NCBI GenBank assembly: GCA_964187785.1
Contig: OZ076409.1
Coordinates: forward strand, 85,128,001 to 85,192,000
DNA from: Amphiscolops sp. MND2022
Lineage: Eukaryota
Length of the DNA stretch: 64,000 bases
Direction: 5' to 3'
A program made the position numbers and the translations under genes. The notes beneath the pieces are model-generated. The model searched no databases. It was not told the origin of the DNA and was given only the letters and a program-made list of their open reading frames with translations. Below are positions 24,101 through 36,445 of this stretch, one piece after another; the stretch's first letter is position 1, and each line of letters begins with the position of its first letter.

Positions 24101-24660
24101 CATGATTTGTCTATTTTTGAAATAAGTCAAACAAAGTTTTTGTCCAAGCGAATTATAAATCAGACAGAACACCCAAAAACTTATCAGATTAGGTAAAGAT
24201 CGAAACATTGCCGAAATCTCCCGTCTTCCCCCTCCTTGGAGGAAAAAAGTAATTTCCATCAGCGTAGACGCACAAGCCTTTCAAGTCATGTATCAAAGGT
24301 GAGTCTTACCAAAAAAGATGAGAGAAAATTGACTTCGCGCCATTCACTTCGAACATGCTGGATGCGATGAGATGCTGAGAGAGACCTCAGTTGTGTGGTG
24401 GCCTCGCATCCACCGTGAGATTGTAAAGATTGCGCAAGCTTGCGTGGAGTGCCTAAAAGCAGGTGAGAAATTAAATTGTAACAAAAAATTCGGGAAATTA
24501 CTTGAGACTAGCGAACCGAACAAAGAATTCTCGTTAGAGAAAGTGCGCATCAACAGAAGACATATTTGTTGATATTACCGGATAATAACTCCGGATGGCC
24601 AAACGCACTATTTTTCCAGACCCAACTTCGGATAAGGTAATCGAGTTTTTGTTGAATCAG
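21121..24660 (+). mobile_element. Heavily decayed Gypsy/Ty3 LTR retrotransposon, internal region
   Basis: PBS-like TGGCGCTGCGAAGG directly after ...GTCGACA (21120); RT remnants VKKDCSGNIALDARAVN, FDMTYAYGQV, GFYNLTVMPTEF; integrase zinc-binding remnant HFEHAG...WWPRIHREIVKIAQACVEC; many stops and frameshifts. LTR pair not resolved. Confidence 0.8.
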
Positions 24661-24896
24661 ATTGATAACGTTGTAATAATACAAAACAAAGTTTGGTACC
24701 AACTGACATATCGTCTTTTTAGACGTGGAACTGTAGTATACTAATACAGTATACTAATACAGTATACTAATGTCAGTTCAATAATTATATATTTAAGTGG
24801 TGCATGGCAGCATTACCTTTACAAAAATAAATGAAAATTAAGGCCTTTTCATGCAATTTGATTCATGATCATCTCTTACTTTTTCCCGCTAATTCT

Positions 24897-25201
24897 AGGG
24901 TTTTCCCGGATTTCTTGCCAAGATTGTTGACATTTCTTGGATTTCTTGACAAGATTCTTGGATTTTCTTGGATTTCTTGACAAGATTCTTGGTTTTTCCT
25001 GAGAGTTTTTTTGTACCGAAAACCCTTTTGTGCGTTTTTTCAGTCGATAAAATTAGGTATTTTTCTTGAAGTTCTTGGCAAGATCTTGCAAAATCGTACA
25101 TATTCTTGGCGCTCTTGGTAAGAATCTTGAAAAGATTCTTACCAAGGGTTTCAGGAAATTGTAAGGTTCTTGGCAAGGGTTTCAAGATATGTTACACTGG
25201 G
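24897..25201. repeat. Partial MITE of the CCCAGTGTAA family (CAAGA/TCTTG subterminal motifs)
   Basis: Dense TCTTG/CAAGA motifs ending TTACACTGGG, like the right end of 48732-49288. Confidence 0.6.
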
Positions 25202-26174
25202 CAGGTTCAACATTGAGATAGATTTCTTACGTTTCGGGTTCATTTTGTTAATTGGCAAAGTGTAAAGTTTACGATGGTTGTCTTCCTCGAAAATGAAAAG
25301 CGCTGGAAACAAGGACATTGGAAACAAGTTTCGAAAGCGTTTGTATTTAACAATTAATTGCATTTTGTCTGATGACGTATTTCAAAATACTGCTAATTAG
25401 TTTTCATAACTTTTTTCCTGTGTGATTCAACTTTGCAATGAAAATATATATTCTATGGTAACAAGAATTTGTAGAATATACATAGCGAAAAACTTGTCGC
25501 AAAGCAATTAGCTACAGCTCCTACAGCGGGAAGCTTATCGAAATTTATGTCAATGTTTGTTTTATCAACTAAGTATGCGGCTAATTTTGTTTAGGCACTC
25601 GTTTTTAATATGCAACGAGTTAGTTTCAGACGAAACAACCAGTTGCTTTCGAAAAGTTTTCCGCTTGCCAACAAATCTGAATGTATTGTAAAAAAATAAA
25701 GCACAGTTTTTTAATTTTTGCTAGTATTCTAGACCGAAACTCGGTGAAGGTCAGGACGGATGAACCGTAGAACACTAACTGCTAATATTGTTTCCATAAG
25801 TTTCAAGTCGAATGGGTAAATTATTGTTTTTGTCCATTTTTGTTATTTGTTATTTTTGTTATTGACAGTTTTGTTATTTGTCCATTGAATATGAACTTTG
25901 TTCTATTTTAAACACAGCGACAGTACACAGAGATGACAACTCATATCAATCGCAATCATTTCTTATAAAAAGGGAAAGGACACATGAATTCACCACTACA
26001 CATTTGATTTTTTTTAATGCGCTATTCCATTGCACTGCTATATGCTGAATCACTCAGCAGTATAATTGCTTAAAGTCTTAAGAAGTTGCTGGGGAAAGAG
26101 AAACTGTGCAAATATGCAAAATTTACATATCGGGTTTTGTACCAAGTTTTCTTTCTTGGTACTAGAGGTCGAGG

Positions 26175-26289
26175 GTTCACTTCTTAGACATAGACATATT
26201 TTCTTGTCGCCAGCTTAACAAGTTATAACATGTTAAGCCGGTGACAAGAAAATATGTCTATATCTAAGAAAGATTTCTAAGAAGTGAAC
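26175..26289. repeat. Near-perfect palindrome/hairpin (~45-bp arms)
   Basis: TTCTTAGACATAGACATATTTTCTTGTCGCCAGCTTAACA versus TGTTAAGCCGGTGACAAGAAAATATGTCTATATCTAAGAA (3 mismatches), centred on GTTATAAC. Confidence 0.9.
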
Positions 26290-27711
26290 GATTATAATTG
26301 GTACTCAAATTATATACCATCTGGTGATGACTATTGTATGCGATACAAAAGAAGAATGCTTACAGTTGTAATGATGCCTTACGTTTAACCATCAGCAGCT
26401 TCAAATGGAATTCACGAATAGTTGTGTTTTTTTTAAATGTCAGATTCTAATAAGTATCTCAGATTCCCAGTGAAAAAAAAACAGATTTTGTCAAGACCAA
26501 AGTTCGTACGGTTCCAAAGCAGTGTCTGAAAGATCTGCTGCTTGAAAATTAAAAAAAAGAATCCCTCCCCTAGTTGAAACTGCTTGAAACTTTTACATGA
26601 TTTTATAGGCTACCAAGCACTTTTAGCATGATTTTTAGAATTTCATAGAGAATCATTAATGCTAAATATTTCCCTGATGCAATGGTATTTCTTCAAGTAT
26701 TTATTAGGATTTCTATACAATTTGGCGTGTTTTCAGAGCAACATCAAGGAAGTTCAAGAGAAATTCCCCGCAAAATTTTCCATGCTTTTGCGGGCAAAAC
26801 CTCAAATTTTGCGAGTGCTGAAGGTACAATATGATGTAAACAAAATTTTTGCGTGTGCCAGTGTGACAAACAAATTCGTATAACTGGAATTTTTTTCAAT
26901 GGGAAAATTTTTTTTCTTGCTTGGAAACTGTTTTCAATTGAAAGTTTTTCTTCCGCCTATTTTTTAGCCATTAGCGACGTTCAGGACTAGCAATACTGTT
27001 ATCGACAAAATTTTTTTGAAGAACATGTGTTCAGTCTTGCATGGATTTTTTTCAAATTTGCTTTAATCAGCTTAGACATTTTTTCAAAGCCCAGGGAAAT
27101 GTTGCCAGGATTTTCCAAGCTGCAGGGTAGTTTTGCAAGAATTTTCCATGCAGGGTCCCTGAATTTTCTATGTTTGTTTTAAAAAAATAGCCTGCGCGCA
27201 TTAATGCTGCATGTAACAAGTTCCTGTGGTTTCGACCAGGGTCGTGGCCAGATTCCCGAGAACGGCCTTAATCGACTTAGAATACTAGGTTAGTTGTAGT
27301 TTACATTGGTAGTTAAAATCGTATTGAATGAAATTTTTTCCAACTGAAATTTTTAGTCGTTTGATTCAAGTATTTTCAGATACCTTCATAGACGTGAAAA
27401 TGACGTGTCGCTCCTCAGTTCCCAATCAAGATGAGTGAAATTTTTGATTACGCAATAGTGCATAGCGTCAAGCATCAAGCTCTAGGCAAAGTGCATTCAC
27501 AATGTTTGGATTCAAGAGCATGACGAGTCCTTAAGACTTGAGCTTTTTGAGCTCATCGAAGAGCACAGGAGTCATTTGTCAATTTCAGAGGCGCCAAGAA
27601 TTTGAAACAGAGATATTTTCAAAAACTAAGAAGAATAAAAATCGACATAGTGCAGTATGAGATGTTTGAGCGTTCGGTCTGTTTTAAAGCGGAACCAGCC
27701 TAAAATCTGTC

Positions 27712-27947
27712 TTTTATTTTTTTTCATTCTTTTTCTTTCCCTCTCTGTCTCTGTCTCTGTCTATGTCTCTCGCTCTTCTTTTTTTTTCTTTCTTTCTTTA
27801 TTTTTTTCTTTCTTTCTTTCTTTCTTTCTTTCTTGATTTACTTCTTTCTTTTTTTCTTTCTTTCTTTATTTCTTTCTTTCTTTCTTTATTTCTTTCTTTC
27901 TTTCTTTCTTTCTTTCTTGATTTACTTCTTTCTTTTTTTCTTTCTCT
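27712..27947. repeat. (TTTC)n-type microsatellite / pyrimidine tract
   Basis: Visible TTTC tandem repeats with a short (CTCTGT)n segment. Confidence 0.95.
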
Positions 27948-28448
27948 CACTGGGCTTTAAGGCAGTCCTTCACTTCTAGTTTATGGGTATGGCAAAGACA
28001 AAAAACAATCAGTTGGCGGAGAAAAGCAATAAAAAGAACAACAACGAGCAGTCAGATCTCTGTGACCTTGGTCAAGTCCCTTTGAAACTACAACGTCACG
28101 CCTAGCCTAGTCTGACCACTTGATGCAAATATGGTATCATTGCTTGCTATGGATAGATAGTACCCGAATAGAAACAGATTTGATCTTTTGTCGTTATTCC
28201 TTTCGTAATTGGGGAAAAAGCTTTTGGGAATTCTGACTTCAATAATGGAAACTGCGAGTAACCCTACGAGACTTGTCATTGGAAGCCCTCTGCGTTCTCT
28301 AAGTTTCATTACAAAACGCACTACATTTATTGCAGGTTCTCAGCATGTGAAAAGATCATCAGTTTTTAAAAGTCTTTATCATTCTCTATTCATTAATTGA
28401 CAGTATCAACCTACACTCTATCAAAAGGTTGTCAATAAAATAACGTGA

Positions 28449-28958
28449 AACAAGCCAGGAACGTCTGATATCGGCGCCCCGCTGAAAGTGAAAAAAGCGT
28501 GAAGTTTTTGAAATATTCTCAAGAGGTTTCTAAGGCAAGTCTCAAAAATACAAGATGCCCAAAGGAAGCCTTTCGTGCACGAAAAACGCTTGTCTCTAAC
28601 TGAAATGCATAACTGACGAAACTGTTTTGATCAAAATGTTGCTGAAAAATTTGAAGGGTGACCTGTACAATTTTGAAACGTATTGCCATTACTGAAAACC
28701 AAAAAAAAGCAAAGAGGAACCGTTTCGTGGAAAATAAAATTTTCAAAATTAAAATGGCACAATGCCGAAGACCTTTGGTCCCTATTAGTTTCGAGGATAC
28801 GTTAAAACTATTTAAATTTTCAAAAGCAGTACCCTTTAGCACTTAGACGTAACGTCCTTAAAAAGTAGATCATTCAGTGTGAGGTTTGTGGTCCGACAAA
28901 CATACGTGCCACTGTTAGAGCGGGGAACATTTTGTTACAAAAATTACCGACTAAAAAC
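28449..28958 (-). mobile_element. Diverged HINE-like copy
   Basis: ACAAGCCAGGAACGTCTGATATCGGCGCC ... GCCACTGTTAGAGCGGGG...CCGACTAAAAA. Confidence 0.55.
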
Positions 28959-28979
28959 ATGCAGTTTGCCTGAACAAAA

Positions 28980-31841
28980 CGGGAACGTCTAAAGTCGGCG
29001 CTATATCTAAGGCTCAAAAAGATCGATCTTATGCCTCCTCCTCAGTAAAACGCAAATTATTTCGGGTATAACGTCAAAAATTTGGAGATAGCGTTTCATT
29101 CCGGATATTACGTAAAGAAAGTATTGAAAAAAATTCGTGGGTATATATTGGGAAAACTTAATTTCAGAATTAAAAACTTTTTGAAACAGTCTCAAAGTGC
29201 AGAAAAATGTAAAAGAGGAGACACTTTGGGCTTTTTCAAACTCCTTTTTTTGCGAAACATTTAAAAACTTGAAGGAGGCCCTTTGGAGACAAGAAAAAAT
29301 TCGGAAAAGTGTAGGAAAAAATTCAAAAGGGGACCCTACAGTCTTGTCCGGTTTTGTATGGAATCGTATGGAATCATATGGTCCCATGCATGGAATCGCA
29401 TGGAATTATATAATTGTAGGCATGAAATCAGATTGAATCATATAGAAAACGAAGGAAACCACAGTAATGACATCTGAAAACATCGAAAAAAAAATGAAAA
29501 AACATCTAAAATTACCGGAAGAACCACTAAAATAACATCAAAAATTACTGAGAGAACCACTATAACAAGATCTGGAAAAAAACCGATATCACATCAGAAA
29601 ATGTCGCACTCGGTTCCAAACTACAAACATAGTTTGCAGAAGCTGAACACCCAAGTCCTTATACCTAACTGTTTGGAAGCACTCCGATTTTCCGGTTTTA
29701 TTTTATCGTTTTCTGTTTTCCATTTCAAATCGAATTAAATCTAGTTGTTTCCGTATAGAGGATTGAATAACGTCTAAGGAATAACGTCTAAAGGTCCACC
29801 GAGAATAACGTCTAGGGGAATAACGTCTAAATTCAATGTACTAGTTGAACCAAAAAAAACGGGACGTACAAAAATTTTTGAGCTCTCAAAGTTCCAAATA
29901 TTTGTCAACAAACGTTTCAAAGCAGCTGTCAATCATTCAAACTTGGTACCTTTCTCAGAAAATGCTTTCACACATTGAGAAAGAGAACAAGTGAGAACCG
30001 TTCGTGACGACGAAATGACTGGTATAGACGTCTCGACTATTTCTGATGGTTCAAATCATCTTCAGTTGAAGATGCCAGTAGGTAATATGAGCTTCAATCA
30101 AAATGATCGATAGATAAAATTTAAAGATTCTCAGTTCCTTGTTTACAAACAACACGATTTTGAAGACGCAAAAATTTTCACGTTCCGTTTTTTTTTATTC
30201 ACCTAGTATTAAGATTGGGAATCAGCATGACTGGCGGTAGACGTTATTCCTTAGACGTTATTCCCGCTCGCCGTTTCCGGAAAGTGACACGCAAATAGAA
30301 AGAAAATTTGAAATTTTGAGATTTTCGAATTTTTGCTCTTCCTTCCATACCTTTCCATGCATGGAATAATATGGTTCCATGCACTTCCATGTATGGAATC
30401 ATATGATTCCTTGCGTGGAATTGCATGGAATGTCTGTAGGTCATGGTTCCATGCATGGATTCGTACAGAATCATACGGATCATTTGCTTCCATGCATGGA
30501 ATTGCATGGAAGCCTTATGAATTTGGATCCGGGTAGCGCAGCAACAGAAATGTATGAAATTTTCAAACAAAACCTTTTTAGTCGGCGTTTCCGCAGAAAA
30601 AGCACGACTCTTACAGTGATTAGTTTGTTTTCGCCAGCTCAATGCGTTCGGTCCACTTTTTTGTTCATTTGTTCAACTTTTAACCAAAAGGTTAACCAGG
30701 ATTTTAGTTAGGAAATCACGTTTCAAAGCTCAGATATAACATTTGCAAAGTTCGTATATAACGTTTTTAAAGTTCGGATATAACGTTTCCAAAGTTCGGA
30801 AGTAACGTTGTCAAAGTTCGGATGTAACGTTTTCAAAGTTCGGATGTTGAAAACTCAGAAAGAACCCCCTTTAATTTAACGGCATTGTGAGACTTTTTTT
30901 CAAAGTTTTTTTATTGTCTTCAAAGGGTCCCCCTTCAATTGTTTTTGATATTTTGCGACTGAATGGATGTTAAAGAATCCGAAAGGGAGCACCAATTCGG
31001 TCAAACTTTTGTTTTTTTTTCGGTGATTTTTCGGGTACTGCAGAAAGGAGTACTTGATACTTTGAAGTCCTTTTACTGTTTTTGAGTTTCAGATATGGCG
31101 CCGACTTGGGCCGTTCCCGGCTTGTTTTTTCTTCGCCTTGGGGAAAATTGTTTTATCCGGGCTTCGTTTTGCCTGCGGTTAGGTCAATACTTACGTTCAA
31201 CTTTCACTAGTTTATCAGATGATAAGATTTCTAGCCAAGATGCCAAAAAACAATAAAAACAACTTTGTTCCTGAAAAACTGTCTTTATACTACAGGTGAA
31301 TGTTTCTGGTCTCAAGCGATTTATTTGTAATTTTGTTCGAATATCCCGCACGTTCGAACATAAGTTCGTAAAGAATTTCCCGCACGAGAGCTTTCGCGGA
31401 TTTTGATTCTTCGTTTCCAACCAATTACGATGAAATCGTTTTTGAATTTGAAAAATGAATGATTTTGACGAGGCTGCAGATTTGATATGAAAACGGTCAG
31501 ATCACAAATTGACAGAACCGACGGATTAACAGAATAAAACATCATGAGAAGCAACAAGACGAGAACGTCAACATCCATCCAGTAGCAAACTATCAAAAAA
31601 TTGAAGGGGGCCTTTGGAGACACTAAGAAAATTCGGAAAAAAGTCTCACAAAGCCGAAAAAGGGCGGGGAAAGTCTCATAGTGCCAAAAAAATTAGAAAG
31701 GGAGTTTTGTATTTCAAGTTAAAGACTTTTGAATGCGTTCAAAATCAAGTACTGAGTGTTTTTTGGTAAAAGTGCATAATGCACAAAAAGTGGTACATAC
31801 AGGGTGAGCTATTTGGTCTGACGAAAAAAAAGCAACCAATA
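28980..31841. repeat. Tandem duplication unit, copy A (~2.86 kb; composite of HINE-like and MITE-like pieces)
   Basis: High identity to 31842-34091 plus 39919-40538 (offset 2862 at the start). Contains the uninterrupted site TTTATC-AGATG-ATAAG at 31211-31226. Confidence 0.95.
30575..31130 (+). mobile_element. HINE-like copy inside duplication copy A (paralogue at ~33446-34000)
   Basis: TTTTTAGTCGGCGTTTCC...CGACTCTTACAGTG to GGCGCCGACTTGGGCCGTTCCCGGCTTGTTT (subTIR plus GCCG-TTCC-CGGC hairpin); internal ~21-bp repeats AACGTTTTCAAAGTTCGGATAT at ~30717-30847. Confidence 0.7.
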
Positions 31842-34091
31842 CGGGAACGTCTAAAGTCGGCGCTATATCTAAGGCTCAAAAAGATCGATCTTATGCCTCC
31901 TCCTCAGTAAAACGCAAATTACTTCGGGTATAACGTCAAATATTTGGAGATAGCGTTTCATTCCGGATATTACGTAAAGAAAGTATTGAAAAAAATTCGT
32001 GGGTATATATTGGGAAAACTTAATTTCAGAATTAAAAACTTTTTGAAACAGTCTCAAAGTGCAGAAAAATGTAAAAAAGGAGACACTTTGGGCTTTTTCA
32101 AACTCCTTTTTTTGCGAAACATTTAAAAACTTGAAGGAGGCCCTTTGGAGACAAGAAAAAATTCGGAAAAGTGTAGGAAAAAATTCAAAAGAGGACCCTA
32201 CAGTCTTGTCCGGTTTTGTATGGAATCGTATGGAATCGTATGGAATCATATGGTTCCATGCATGGAATCGCATGGAATTATATAATTGTAGGCATGAAAT
32301 CAGATTGAATCATATAGAAAACGAAGGAAACCACAGTAATGACATCTGAAAACATCGAAAAAAAATTAAAAAAACATCTAAAATTACCGGAAGATCCACT
32401 AAAATAACATCAAAAATTACTGAGAGAACCACTATAACAAGATCTGGAAAAAAACCGATATCACATCAGAAAATGTCGGACTCGGTTCCAAACTACAAAC
32501 ATAGTTTGCAGAAGCTGAACACCCAAGTCCTTATACCTAACAGTTTGGAAGCACTCCGATTTTCCGGTTTTATTTTATCGTTTTCTGTCTTCCATTTCAA
32601 ATCGAATTAAATCTAGTTGTTTCCGTATAGAGGAGGGAATAACGTCTAAAGAATAACGTCTAAAGGTCCACAGGGAATAACGTCTAGGGGAATAACGTCT
32701 AAATTCAATGTACTAGTTGAACCAAAAAAACGGAACGTACAAAAATTTTTGAGCTCTCAAAGTTCCAAATATTTGTCAACAAACGTTTCAAAGCAGCTGT
32801 CAATCATTCAAATTTGGTACCTTTCTCAGAAAATGCTTTCACACATTGAGAAAGAGAACAAGTGAGAACCGTTCGTGACGACGAAATGACTGGTATAGAC
32901 GTCTCGACTATTTCTGATGGTTCAAATCATCTTCAGTTGATGATGTCAGTAAGTAATATGAGCTTCAATCAAAATGATCGATAGATAAAATTTAAAGATT
33001 CTCAGTTCCTTGTTTACAAACAACACGATTTTGAAGACGCAAAAATTTTCACATTCCGTTTTTTTTGGTTCACCTAGTATTAAGATTGGGAATGAGCATG
33101 ACTGGCTGTAGACGTTCTTCCTTAGACGTTATTCCCGCTCGCCGTTTCCGGAAAGTGACACGCAAATAGAACGAAAATTTGAAATTTTGAGATTTTCGAA
33201 TTTTTGTTTTTCCTTCCAAACCTTTCCATGCATGGAATAATATGGTTACATGCACTTCCATGTATGGAATCATATGATTCCTTGCGTGGAATTGCATGGA
33301 AGGTCTGTAGGTCATGGTTCCATGCATGGATTCGTACAGAATCATACGGATCATATGCTTCCATGCATGGAATTGCATGGAAGCCTTATGAATTTGGATC
33401 CGGGTAGCGCAGCAACAGAAATGTATGAAATTTTCAAACAAAACCTTTTTAGTCAGCGTTTCCGCAGAAAAAGCACGACTCTTACAGTGATTAGTTTGTT
33501 TTCGCCAGTTCAATGCGTTCGGTCCACTTTTTTGTTCATTTGTTCAACTTTTAACCAAAAGGTTGACCAGGATTTTAGTTAGGAAATCACGTTTCAAAGC
33601 TCAGATATAACATTTGCAAAGTTCGTATATAACGTTTTTAAAGTTCGGATATAACGTTTCCAAAGTTCGGAAGTAACGTTGTCAAAGTTCGGATGTAACG
33701 TTTTCAAAGTTCGGATGTTGAAAACTCAGAAAGAACTCCCTTTCTTTTTTACGGCATTGTGAGACATTTTTTCAAAGTATTTTTATTGTCTTCAAAAGGT
33801 CCCCCTTCAATTGTTTTTGATATTTTGCGACTGAATGGATGTTAAAGAATCCGAAAGGGAGCACCAATTCGGTCAAACTTTTGTTTTTTTTGGTGATTTT
33901 TCGGGTACTGCAGAAAGGAGTACTTGATACTTTGAAGTCCTTTTACTGTTTTTGAGTTTCAGATATGGCGCCGACTTGGGCCGTTCCCGGCTTGTTTTTT
34001 TTTCGCCTTGGGGAAAATTGTTCTATCCGGGCTTCGTTTTGCCTGCGGTTATGTCAATACTTACGTTCAACTTTCACTAGTTTATCAGATG

Positions 34092-35010
34092 TGTAACGGC
34101 TGCTTGCCTTTATCCTGCGCTGAGGCTTGACAAGCTTTACGCCGCCCTGATCCGTTGCTTAGTGCTGTGGACCGTCACTAAACAATTCCTGGTTTCTTAT
34201 TTTAAAGGACTGTATCTTTTGACTGGTGGGTCCGATGTGACCCGTGGAATCTCCTGCGATTCCTCTGTTCACTGAATTGGATCCGATGTGATCCTGCACA
34301 CACTTCCCTCACTGTATCTTCACGCGCTCCGGCTCTCCAACTATGAGAGTAGCTACTTAGTCGCTCTAACTCTAGCGAAAAGTTGTGAAGATTGAGAAGT
34401 TGATTATTAAGTCTTGCGGTCCTGAGACCCAACTTGACTATAGCTATTCAGTGGAGAAAATCTCTCTCTAATAATAGTATACATATCGTTTACAATTCTA
34501 CAGTAAATATAAGCAAATATCAGTTAAAATATGTTGTATAAATAAATGACATTTAAGTGAATTATTAAAGTTATTGGCTATGTAAACAAAGCACATGGTG
34601 GTTTTGGCATGTTGGTTAGGTGGGTTAGAAAGTATGTTTACACTATGTAAACATTATCAATTCAACAGAGTTACATTCTAATGTGGTCATATAGGTAAAT
34701 AACAAAGTTTACATTTTTGGTTCAATGACCTTGAATACTACACATGTGAGGGGTAAAGGGGGTTATAATGGGGGAATGAACTTGAAACTTAGCCGGTGTG
34801 TTCGTGTTACGTATCTGCGTATGTGTGCCAAGTTTCAAGTCTCTACGGTTATTAGTTGCAGAGAAAACCCTGACTGGGGGGGTTTTTCGATTTTGTGACG
34901 ATTGACTTCTCTTCAAATTTTCATCTAAGTTTTTAGGAGTTTAAGTTCTCGTATCTCAACCAACATGTTCTGAATCGAGTTTCTCTGCCTTCTGATGACT
35001 GGCGCCAACA
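34092..35010 (-). repeat. 3' LTR of BEL element 2 (919 bp)
   Basis: TGTAAC...CCAACA; direct repeat of 38994-39913. Confidence 0.97.
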
Positions 35011-35486
35011 TTGCCGGCCCTGTTTTTCTCCCGAAAAACACTTTCGTAGAACATGGGTGCCAGTTTCACTACTGGTCTTTTGAGTTTGTCATCGATTGTC
35101 GTTGTCGTTTTGAGATCTCCAGGTTCATTGTCATGTTTGACGGTTAATTGCCATGTTCTTTCTCTGCTGCAACAAAATCCCAAACCATATTCCTGTTCGC
35201 TGACTATAAGGTAGTTTTCGGCAAGTTCACATAACACATCCAAATATTTCCAAAAACAGTTTTGCTCATTTGAAGTCGTGGTTTTCCCAATTATTACAAA
35301 CTTCATCGTCAACGTCTGACATTCTTCGTGTTCAATCAATTGCTTTCTTTTAGAACCTTTAAAAGGTATGATACAACCATGCTTCATTTCATTTGACTTA
35401 GCTCCCATCGACATCCAAAGAATATGTTCCCAGAATAAGTCGAGAACATCTCCAGCCAAATTCCCAATATCTGCTTTGCTTCGCAA
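34956..35486 (-). CDS. BEL pol-derived ORF, C-terminal piece running into the 3' LTR
   Basis: 176-aa open frame; DDKLKRPVVKLAPMFYE tail; faint RT echoes (ADIG, LWMSMGAKSN). Confidence 0.55.
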   Translation of the reverse strand: MRSKADIGNLAGDVLDLFWEHILWMSMGAKSNEMKHGCIIPFKGSKRKQLIEHEECQTLTMKFVIIGKTTTSNEQNCFWKYLDVLCELAENYLIVSEQEYGLGFCCSRERTWQLTVKHDNEPGDLKTTTTIDDKLKRPVVKLAPMFYESVFREKNRAGNVGASHQKAEKLDSEHVG

Positions 35487-36445
35487 TTCATCATCAAAAT
35501 TGACTGACCGCGGGGGAGATATGTCAAACTGATTTCATTCTCTAATATTTCCATAATCTTGATCTGGATCTGCAGTTCTTGAAATGTACTTGAATCAACA
35601 ATTATCATAATCAGTAGATAAAGAGAATTTTTTTGCTCCTTCCCTTCTGACAAGTCGTATTCCGTGTCTACATCCATGTTTTCTTCCAATAACTGCAATG
35701 CTTTGGAGTTTCGCTTTCGCTTGTGTTTGTAGAACGTCACCCAGCTTCTCTCACCACAAAACTCCAACTTCTTAGCGTCTGGGTTTCTACGAGGCTCCAC
35801 TAGATCATAGGAAACTTCCAATTTTCCAAAAGTCCCATTCTGAGTCCACATTGTCTTGAATGGTGCAGCCGGCCCTTTGCAAGACCCACCGCTCCAACTT
35901 TCTGTTGTTGGTACTTCCAATGAACACATTTGCGTTCTTGTCACTGATGATTTGTCTATCAGATCAAACCAAACTGTGTCCTTTTGTATTCCATTCTCGT
36001 TCAACTGAGTTCCTTCCGTCATTCCATGAATCAGGTTTGAGAGGGGTTCAATTTTCCAAGCTCTTTTCTTCGGTCGCTTGCGGTGACCTTTGCTCAATTG
36101 AGTTTCAACAATCCCGTTAGCCTGTGCCACCGCATCCATCCCAGAGTTCCCATTTCCAATCCAAAGGTTCCAAACATTATTCTTACTCGGGATAGTATCT
36201 TCAACAAAGCTTACTTTGAAGTCAAAATGAAATTTCTTTCCAAACGATGTATTCATGGCTTGTGTTTCACCTTCATTGCCTTTCACGGGTTTGTCATGTT
36301 TCATTGCAACGTGGCATAGCTGTTGACACATGACTTCTTCATTCAAACGTTTTTGCAGTGCAAATTGCTGCTCATTCACAAATCCAACTTTTGACAAAAT
36401 CAAAGCATTTTTTGTTTCCTTCTTCAAGAAGTAGGGTACTGTCAT
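35384..36445 (-). CDS. Highly diverged BEL gag-pol-derived ORF (353 aa)
   Basis: Open frame inside the LTR pair; faint echoes of the BEL protease-RT linker (SKALQLLEE, TYLPRG); no intact catalytic motif recognised. Confidence 0.5.
   Translation of the reverse strand: MTVPYFLKKETKNALILSKVGFVNEQQFALQKRLNEEVMCQQLCHVAMKHDKPVKGNEGETQAMNTSFGKKFHFDFKVSFVEDTIPSKNNVWNLWIGNGNSGMDAVAQANGIVETQLSKGHRKRPKKRAWKIEPLSNLIHGMTEGTQLNENGIQKDTVWFDLIDKSSVTRTQMCSLEVPTTESWSGGSCKGPAAPFKTMWTQNGTFGKLEVSYDLVEPRRNPDAKKLEFCGERSWVTFYKHKRKRNSKALQLLEENMDVDTEYDLSEGKEQKNSLYLLIMIIVDSSTFQELQIQIKIMEILENEISLTYLPRGQSILMMNCEAKQILGIWLEMFSTYSGNIFFGCRWELSQMK

Noticed and set aside
27763..27960. 65-aa hydrophobic ORF as a membrane protein
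   Set aside because: It is the translation of a (TTTC)n microsatellite.
29007..33582. Duplicated 60-147 aa ORFs as a gene family
   Set aside because: They fall in HINE/MITE-like repeats and recur only because of the tandem duplication; no protein motifs.
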